Source of the DNA: Octopus sinensis
Lineage: Eukaryota
Direction: 5' to 3'
Length of the DNA: 64,000 nt
NCBI RefSeq assembly: GCF_006345805.1
Contig: NC_043005.1
Location: 52,080,001-52,144,000 of the forward strand
Part shown: positions 55,530 to 64,000 of the stretch, piece after piece
Layout: the number at the start of each line of letters is the position of its first letter
Numbering within the stretch: the first letter of the stretch is position 1
The notes under the pieces: model-generated
Told to the model about the DNA's origin: nothing
Database searches by the model: none
What the model saw: the letters and a program-made list of their open reading frames with translations, nothing else
Position numbers and translations under genes: made by a program

Positions 55530-56098
55530 TGTGGTCTCCCCATACAAGACAAAACATCTCGAGAATTGAATCACCCCAGAGAGCACTCACTAAACCAATT
55601 GAAGGCATGGCTGCTCTCGATTATTGGGATCGCCTTAAAGCCTTGAAACTCTACTCTCTCCAGCGTCGCTGTGAGCGGTACATCATTTGTACGATATGGA
55701 GAATATACCGCCAACTTTGGCCAAACGACCTGAATATTAGCTTCAAGGTTCATCCAAAACTGGGACCACGGGCCATACGTCCCCTGCCCAATTCAAGATC
55801 ACAGCATACATGTACACTACAACATAATTTCTTTTCCTCAACAGGCCCTGCCCTATTTAACATTGTCCCGAAAGAGATCAAGAGGAACAGGATCCCATCA
55901 ACTTAAACGGAGTGTGGATGATTCCTTCAAGGAATACCAGATAAGCCACCCATAATTGGATATAACTCACTACTTGAATGGACCATAAACAAAACTTGAC
56001 TTAAACAGGATTCAAATAATCCTATCAGGTGGTGCTATTAAGTTAGACATGGCCTGGACCAATCATTGGTCGAAACTATCTAAGTTTTATCTAAGTTT
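55530..56098 (+). pseudogene. 5'-truncated CR1-like LINE 3' end
   Basis: WSPHTRQNISRIESPQRALTK...YWDRLKALKLYSLQRRCERY...GPALFNIVPKEIK, then a 3' UTR ending in repeated tatctaagttt. Confidence 0.8.
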
Positions 56099-56282
56099 AT
56101 ATAGATATATATATATATATATATATATATATCTATATATATATTATATAATATATATATATATATATATATAATATATAGTTAATCCAAACATGAAAAC
56201 ACAAGACAAAACCAACAACGCGAGGACGTGGAACAAATATAGTATTATTGGACGCTCACGAAGGAAGGGAAGAAAGGAGGGA

Positions 56283-56314
56283 TTTACGTTTCGAGCGGAG
56301 CTCTTCGTCAGAAA
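56283..56314 (-). ncRNA. Minimal hammerhead ribozyme in a ~220-bp cassette (~56175-56395)
   Basis: Minus strand TTT CTGACGA A GAGC-TCC-GCTC GAAAC GT A AA: canonical core and perfect stem II, but a short stem I. Confidence 0.7.
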
Positions 56315-56699
56315 CATAGGAAAAGGAAAGAACCAGAGAAGGGAAGACGGAGGAAAAAAAATCGGCAACAGTATACACGCAGTCACATTTTGAATGTATA
56401 TATATATATATTATATATATACATGTGTGTGTGTGTGTTTTTGTGTGTGTATTTATGTATATATATCTATGTGACCGTGTCTTTGTATCTGTTCTTGGCC
56501 CCCACCAATGCCCCGCAACAAGTGTTGGTGTGTTTACGTGTCCGTAATATGGAGTTTCGGCAATAGGGGCCGATAGAATAGATACTAGGCTTTACAAAAA
56601 TGTACTAGGGTCGATTCATTCGACTACAGCAGTTTAAATCGGTGCCCCAGCATGGGCACAGTCAAATGACTGAAACAAATAAAAACAACAGATAAGGTA

Positions 56700-56708
56700 T
56701 TTACCAAT

Positions 56709-56746
<38 letters not shown>

Positions 56747-57179
56747 ATATATATATATATATGATATATATATATATATATTATATATATATATATATAT
56801 CTACATACATACATATACATGTAATTGTATATATATATATTTTACGTTATATAATGTATATATACCTGCATATATATGTGTGTGTATATAAATATATGCT
56901 TGTATATATGTGTGTGTATACATATGTATATAGACATTTATATATACATATATATATATAGATACATATGCATACACACACATATATGTATGTATATATA
57001 TACGTATGTAGACAGGTAGACACTCGCAGACACACACACACAGATATATGTATAATTATACATAATATATGTGAACATATATATGTATTTATCTATAACT
57101 ATACACATATTAGGTCTCTATGTAATAATGATAATAATATTAACGGTAATAATAAAATAATAATGATGATGATGATGAT

Positions 57180-57234
<55 letters not shown>

Positions 57235-57965
57235 TAATTATAATAATAATAATGATATATTACTATAATATATACATGTATGTATGTATGTATGTATGTA
57301 TGTATGTATGTATGTATGTATGTATGTATGTATGTATGTATGTGTTATATTGCAATGCTAAGTATATACATTATCAGACACTTGTCAAGGGTAATGATGT
57401 GTTTGGTCTCGATACAACTTTGCTAATGTTTTCTTATGTTTCCTAATGTATATGACAAATATTATTCATACAAATGTGTATACATACACTCATATATATA
57501 TATATATATAGACAGACATATATGTTCATATACACATATCTATAAACATGCGTGTAAGTATATAAATATATAATTAGATGATCTATTACATATGTATATA
57601 AATATATACACATACGAGTAGATATGTGTGTGAATATAATATGTGTGTGTGTACATACCATATATATATATATATACATACAAATAAATGTATGTTTATA
57701 TATTTATATGTCTGTGTATATAATATATATATTATATATATATATCCATATATATAGTATATATATATACATATATATATATATATTAATATTTATGTGA
57801 GTGTCAGGGATTATTATAAATATATAAATATATAATTAATATACAACGTTCTATATATATATAACATATATATAATATATATGTATATATATTATAATAT
57901 ATATATACACCAAAAGTAATATGGATGCATATATACATTTAAATATATTATATATTATATAAATA

Positions 57966-57997
<32 letters not shown>

Positions 57998-58663
57998 CAC
58001 ATACATATACATATATATATATACAGACATACACACACATATATGTATATATTTATTTTATATATATGTATTTATATCTGTATATGTATATATATATATA
58101 CATATATATATATAATATGTATGCACATATGTGTGTGTGCGTGTTTGAGTGTATTAGTATAACGATATGTATATATATATAGGATAATTGCTCACTTGTA
58201 TATGCTATCGTCATATACAAATCTATGATTGAGTGTAGAGTATTATACAAATAAGAGAGTGAGTATAATTTTAGTTACACAGGAATGAATGTTCATATAC
58301 TTTTATTTTATATGAATATCAAGGCCGGAATACTGTATATAGAATATACTATATAATATATATGTGTTTATCTCTATATTTATATCTACATTTATTTGTC
58401 TGACTGTTTATGTATGTATGTATGTATGTATGTATGTATGTATGTATGTATCTATCTGTCTGTCTGTCTGTCTATCTCTCTATCTATCTATCTATGCATC
58501 TATCTATCTATCTACCTTTCTCACTCTCTCTCTCCTCTCTATCTAACTATCTATCTATCTATCTATCTTCTATCTATCTATCTATCTATCTAATCTATCT
58601 TCTATCTACTATCTCTCTATCTATCCTATACTGTCTGTCTGTCTGTCTGTCTCTCATCCTCAT

Positions 58664-58702
<39 letters not shown>

Positions 58703-58800
58703 GTATATATATATATATATATGATATATAATATATTATATATAATATATATATATGTATGTATATAGATTGTACATAATACTGACATATATAGATATAT
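56700..58800. repeat. Long compound low-complexity block of (TA)n, (TATG)n, (AAT)n and (TATC)n
   Basis: Directly visible. Similar tracts lie at 4810-5070, 23900-24210, 25340-26005, 31810-31890, 49285-49550 and 51974-52145. Confidence 0.9.
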
Positions 58801-59459
58801 ACAAATATACAATGTGTGCGCTCACATAGCCAGATAGGAAAACTTACAATGGATGGTCAATTAAGAATAAAGTTATTTTCAGTTTATGCACCTATGAATA
58901 CACCAACGTACATACAGTCATACAAAAAACAAGTCACACCCCAACGCACACACCTATATATACATGCATACAAAATTAATATTGTATAAATACCCCCCCC
59001 CACACACACACATTGACACATACACCAACATGTAGGCGCAGGTGTGGCTGAGTGGCAAGAAGTTAGCTTTCGAACCACACAGGTCCGGTTTCCATCCCAC
59101 TGTGTGGTAGGTGAACAAGTAACTTCTACTGTATTACCCACTCAAACACAGGCCTTGTGAGTAGATTTGTTAAACGGGAACTAAAAGACGTATATATATA
59201 TATATATATTATATTATATTTATATATATATATTTCTATATATATATAATATATTAATATATATATATATATACACACATATACATATATACATATACAA
59301 GCATATATATATACGTGCACACATACATACATACACGCACACACATGTGTCATTGTGTATACTGTGTAGACGTAGGTGTGGCTGTGTGGTATGTAGCTTG
59401 CTTACCAACCACATGGTTCTGGGTTCAGTCCCACCGCGTCAGGCTTCTATCAGTTTCTT

Positions 59460-59957
59460 ATTTCTTTATTGCCCACAAGCGGCTACACACAGAATCGACC
59501 TTGGTGGAATTTGAACTCATAACGTAGCGGCAGACGAAATAACTATTTCTTTACTATCCACATGGGGCTAAACACAGAGAGGACAAGCAAGGACAGATAA
59601 ACGGATTAAGTTGATTATATCGACCCCAGTGTGTAACTGGTACCCATTTAATCGACCCCGAAAGGATGAAAGGCAAAGTCGACCTCGGCGGAATTTGAAC
59701 TCAGAACATAGCGGCAGACGAAATACCTATTTCTTTACTACCCACAAGGGGCTAAACACAGAGGGGACAATCAAGGACAGAGAAACGGATTAAGTCGATT
59801 ATATCGACCCCAGTGCGTAACTGGTGCTTAATTTATCGACCCCGAAAGGATGAAAGGCAAAGTCGACCTCGGCGGAATTTGAACTCAGACCGTAACGGCA
59901 GACGAAATACGGCTACACATTTCTCCCGGCGTGCTAACGTTTCTGCCACCTCGCCGA
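59460..59957 (-). mobile_element. Multimeric SINE family C
   Basis: Two full ~180-bp units plus a partial third, each with the gcctttcatcctttcggggtcga core or part of it. Confidence 0.8.
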
Positions 59958-60889
59958 CTTCTATCAGTTTCTGCCTGCCAAATGCATTCACAAAGTGTTA
60001 TCCATCCGGGTCAATAGTAGAAAAAGTTCCCTAAAGTTCCATGCAGTGGACCTGACTGAACCTTATAACCGTGTGTTCGTGACACAAACTTATTATACAG
60101 CCACGAATGTGTGAGTTTAACCATCTAAATAGCATACTTAAGATATACAACCAGTCGATAGTCCAGGTACAATATTTGTGCTGCGATAACATCTCTGATA
60201 GACTTGCTCTGAACAAAATATCAGAGAATAACCAAGATTCATCCCAGCAACAGCCAGCCAAGGCGAGAGTTATCTGTCAGCATTTTAAAGCCTTTTGAAT
60301 GGCACGTGTTTGCAGCCCACCATGTGTATATATACACATATATGTTGTCTCTCATGCAGGAAAAAGTGAGTGAATTATTCACTATTTCTATCTCGCGACA
60401 AATACTACGGTAATTAGCATATCCATATAGATGGCTATGATAATTAGATAACGTCTTACTTGCGTATATGGAATTGTTAATCAGTTAGGCGGCTATTTGC
60501 AATATCCGTACGTGTTTTATTCACCTTTGCCTATAGCAGAAGCGACGAATTCTCGTTCAGGGATATTGCTGGGTGCGACTAAGTGCCATTGTAAAGGGCC
60601 GAAAAGCACCAAAATACCACTGGCAAATTTGGACGGTGTGTCTCCTACTTGGACGAATTTTCGTCGTTCTCTCTCTTCTCCTTCTCTCTACTCCCACTCT
60701 CTCCACCCTCACTCTCTCTAACCTCTTCTTTCTACCCCCCTCTCCCTGATGCATTTTAAACTTGGTTTCGTTAAAAACGTGTTGTGTTTTTAACTTCGCT
60801 AGTCAAAAGCAGATGCTAGTTCAGGACGCTACAATTTTGTAGTAAATTCTGTCTCAGTTACTTATTCCGAGCCATTTACATATGATTTG

Positions 60890-61125
60890 ACTTGATTTGA
60901 TCTAGTTTCAGTTCATGAGCTGTGGTCATACTGGGACACCGCCATTTGGTGATGCTAGATAATTTTACTTTATTATTTCTTTTCAGAAATTGTTGTTTGT
61001 TGCATAAGAGAGTTTGATGCCGCTGCCCTCATCTGCACTTCCTGCTGTGAAGTTGGTTCATCTGGGACACTTGAAAGTGAGAGGTCTAGTTTCATTTTGA
61101 AGACATCTACATCCACCCCATGTCC
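60890..61125 (-). pseudogene. Short CR1-like LINE 3' end
   Basis: GVDVDVFKMKLDLSLSSVPDEPT, typical of a CR1-like ORF2 C-terminus. Confidence 0.6.
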
Positions 61126-61164
61126 TTCGGGAGGATATTGCCTACTTCGTTGGTATATATTTAT

Positions 61165-61211
<47 letters not shown>

Positions 61212-61544
61212 CTTGGTTAAAATGAAGTGACTTTGCTTCCAAACTCCATGTCTTCAAGCCAATGTGGCTGCACATGTAACTTGTTGAGTAACGTAATAAG
61301 GGCTCTCGTGTTTCTCCTTATGTCTGCTCCCTGAATTGTCCAACCATTCTACTCGGTATTCCTTCGCTTTCAACAAAACCTATGTTGATTGTATTCTTGG
61401 TCTCATTCCGTGAACTTGCCACTCTTCACTAGAAGTATTCGCCATATCAACTTCATAAGTCCCCGATGGCTTACAGTTGCCACGGGCTTCAATTTCTCCC
61501 TCTAATCCAGGCCATTAAAATGATGAATATCGCGTTTCTGTCAC

Positions 61545-61575
<31 letters not shown>

Positions 61576-61812
61576 CTCTCCTCTCTCTCTCTCTATATAT
61601 ATATCTATATATATATATAATATACTATATATATATAATATATATATAATTATATATAAATGCGTGTATCCATCCATACATTCATCCATACAACACACAC
61701 ATACACACACACACACACACGCACACACACACACCCACAGAGGCACACACATGTACATTTCCATAAGTGTACACGCACACATCGAACGAATGAAGATACC
61801 TGGATATCTGTT

Positions 61813-61863
<51 letters not shown>

Positions 61864-62897
61864 ATGTATGTATGTATATTTATATATATATATAAGCAAA
61901 GACGCACGCACTCACACACATACACAAACATTTATATTATGTGTGTTTGTATGTGTCTGTGCATCGATTTACACAGAAAAACACACATAAGCATTAACAT
62001 ACAATTTGGAAATTGATAAATGAATATGAAAAATAATAAAATAACACATTACCACATAAAATCATAATTATAATACGAAATGTTACAAACAATTACTTCA
62101 TTAAATATATAATTAATTAATAATTATTTTTACTTCATTAAATAACTAGTTAATCAAACAAACAATCTGTAATTATGTGCTCGCTACGTATTCGAGGCTG
62201 TTGACATAAGGAAGCAAATAATTTACCATTCTACATATCAAATATCTATGAATATGTATAGAGTGAACATTATAGCGTTATGTATCTCTATCTCTCCCCA
62301 CTCCGCACCACCACCACCTGTACACCATTACCTATCAACGTATTGTGGTCGTTGTGGCAGAATGTGCTATTGTATCGTACCTGTTAATCTAACGCAATTA
62401 TAAATATTCTGAGTTCGCCACCTGCTGAGGGCAACTTTAATCATTGTCGTTTCGGGTTCGATAAAATACATTTGTATTAAGGCGATGCGTCGGTGGAAAA
62501 AAGCTAGAGCGTCAAATAAGATGCTCTGCGTTATTTCTTCTGGATGATTCTGTTCTGGTTTCGAATCCCGCCCAGGTCAACATTAATTTTCTTCCTTCCG
62601 GGGTCAATAAAATACTGCTTTTGTACGAAGGCGATATGTTGCGGAAAAGCTAGACCGTCAAACAAGATGCTATGCGCTATTTCTTCTGGCAGATTCCGTT
62701 TTGATTTCAAATCTCGCCGAGGTCAACTTTTATTTATTTCCTTTCCGGGTCGATAATATGTAACAATTCGTTGGTAGAAATGCTATAGAGTCTGACTCGA
62801 TAGCATGCGATGTTTCGTTTGATTCCGTTCAGATTTCAAATCCTACAGAAAACAAATTAATTTTCATCTTTTTGTTTGATAAAATATATTCTTGTTC

Positions 62898-63310
62898 TAA
62901 GGCGGCGAGCTGGCAGAAACGTTTGCACGCCGGGCGAAATGCGTAGCCGTATTTCGTCTGCCGTTACGTTCTGAGTTCAAATTCCACCGAGGTCGACTTT
63001 GCCATTCATCCTATCGGGATCGATAAATTAAGTACCAGTTATGCACTGGGGTCGATATATTCGACTTAATCCGTTTGTCTGTCCTTGTTTGTCCTCTCTG
63101 TGTTTAGCTCCTTGTGGGTAGTAAAGAAATAGGTATTTCACCAGCCGTTACGTTCTGAGATCTAAATCCGTCGAGGTCGACTTTGCCTTTCATCCTTTAG
63201 GGCTCGATAAATTAAGTACCAGTTGCGTACTGGGGTCAATGTAATCGACTTAATCCCTTTTTCTGTTTGTCCCCTCTATGTTTAGCCCCTTGTAGGCAAT
63301 AAAGAAATAG
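62898..63310 (+). mobile_element. Dimeric SINE family C, young copy
   Basis: aaggcggcgagctggcagaaacg head followed by two core+tail units. Confidence 0.85.
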
Positions 63311-63937
63311 GAAACGCTAGAGAATCAGACAAGATATAATGCAATATTTCGTTTGACTGATTCCGTCCTGAGTTCAAATACTACCGAAGTTAGCTTTGCT
63401 TCTTATTCTCCTGGGATTTATAAAACATTGTCCCTCTCTAATGCAAAACGCTAGATAGTAGGACAAAAGAGTATGCGGTATTTCGTTTGCCTGATTCCGA
63501 TCTTAGTTCAAATCCCGTCGAAGGCGATTCCACTTTTCATCCTTGAGAGGTCGATAAAATAAAGCTTCGTTCAAGGGCAGTGGAATGACTGAAACATTAA
63601 AGTATTGAACGAGTAATCGACTTAGCTCCTCCCTCGTACATGCATTTTGCTTCTGAATTCAAATCCGGCCATGGTCAACTAAGATGGTTGAACAGTGGCT
63701 CTCAAGCATATGGCCAATGGGTGTCCACATACGATTTTGTTGTTAAAATTTATCTCCAATAAATTGGTTATACTTTTATAATACATAAAATATTTGATCT
63801 CAGATCAGGTCACGTGCTATGCAAGTACATCTCCGTAATTTTAATAATTATTTTTATACAATTACTTACAATAATCAATTATAAAAATAAAGCCTTGTGA
63901 GTGGATTTGGTAGACGGAAACTAAAAGAAGCCCGTCG

Positions 63938-63970
<33 letters not shown>

Positions 63971-64000
63971 ATATGTGAGTGGGTGTGTGTGTGTGTTTGT

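Noticed and set aside
62330-63700. CRISPR-like regularly spaced repeats
   Set aside because: Eukaryotic context, degenerate SINE-derived units, no unique spacers and no cas genes.

Overview
This is AT-rich, microsatellite-saturated eukaryotic DNA. The SINE repertoire and repeat landscape point to a cephalopod, probably Octopus (inference). No intact host gene is recognisable, and most ORFs in the supplied track are microsatellite or SINE artefacts. The main feature is a young, near full-length Penelope-like retroelement on the minus strand (11461-17090). It is Neptune-type (RT, Cys linker, GIY-YIG), carries two ~1.1-kb direct pseudo-LTRs and sits in (TA)n. Each pseudo-LTR holds a minimal hammerhead ribozyme. 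The same ribozyme fold recurs in three ~200-bp non-coding cassettes in TA/TG-rich microsatellites (near 27.6, 53.1 and 56.3 kb), suggesting a ribozyme-bearing non-autonomous retroelement family. The window also has many tRNA-derived SINEs with swapped head/tail modules, four non-autonomous Helitrons, remnants of Tc1, mariner, DD37D-like and pogo/Tigger transposons, RTE, CR1-like and RLE-type LINE fragments, a 28S rRNA fragment fused to a 146-bp fold-back palindrome, and several local duplications. All alignments and folds were read by eye.
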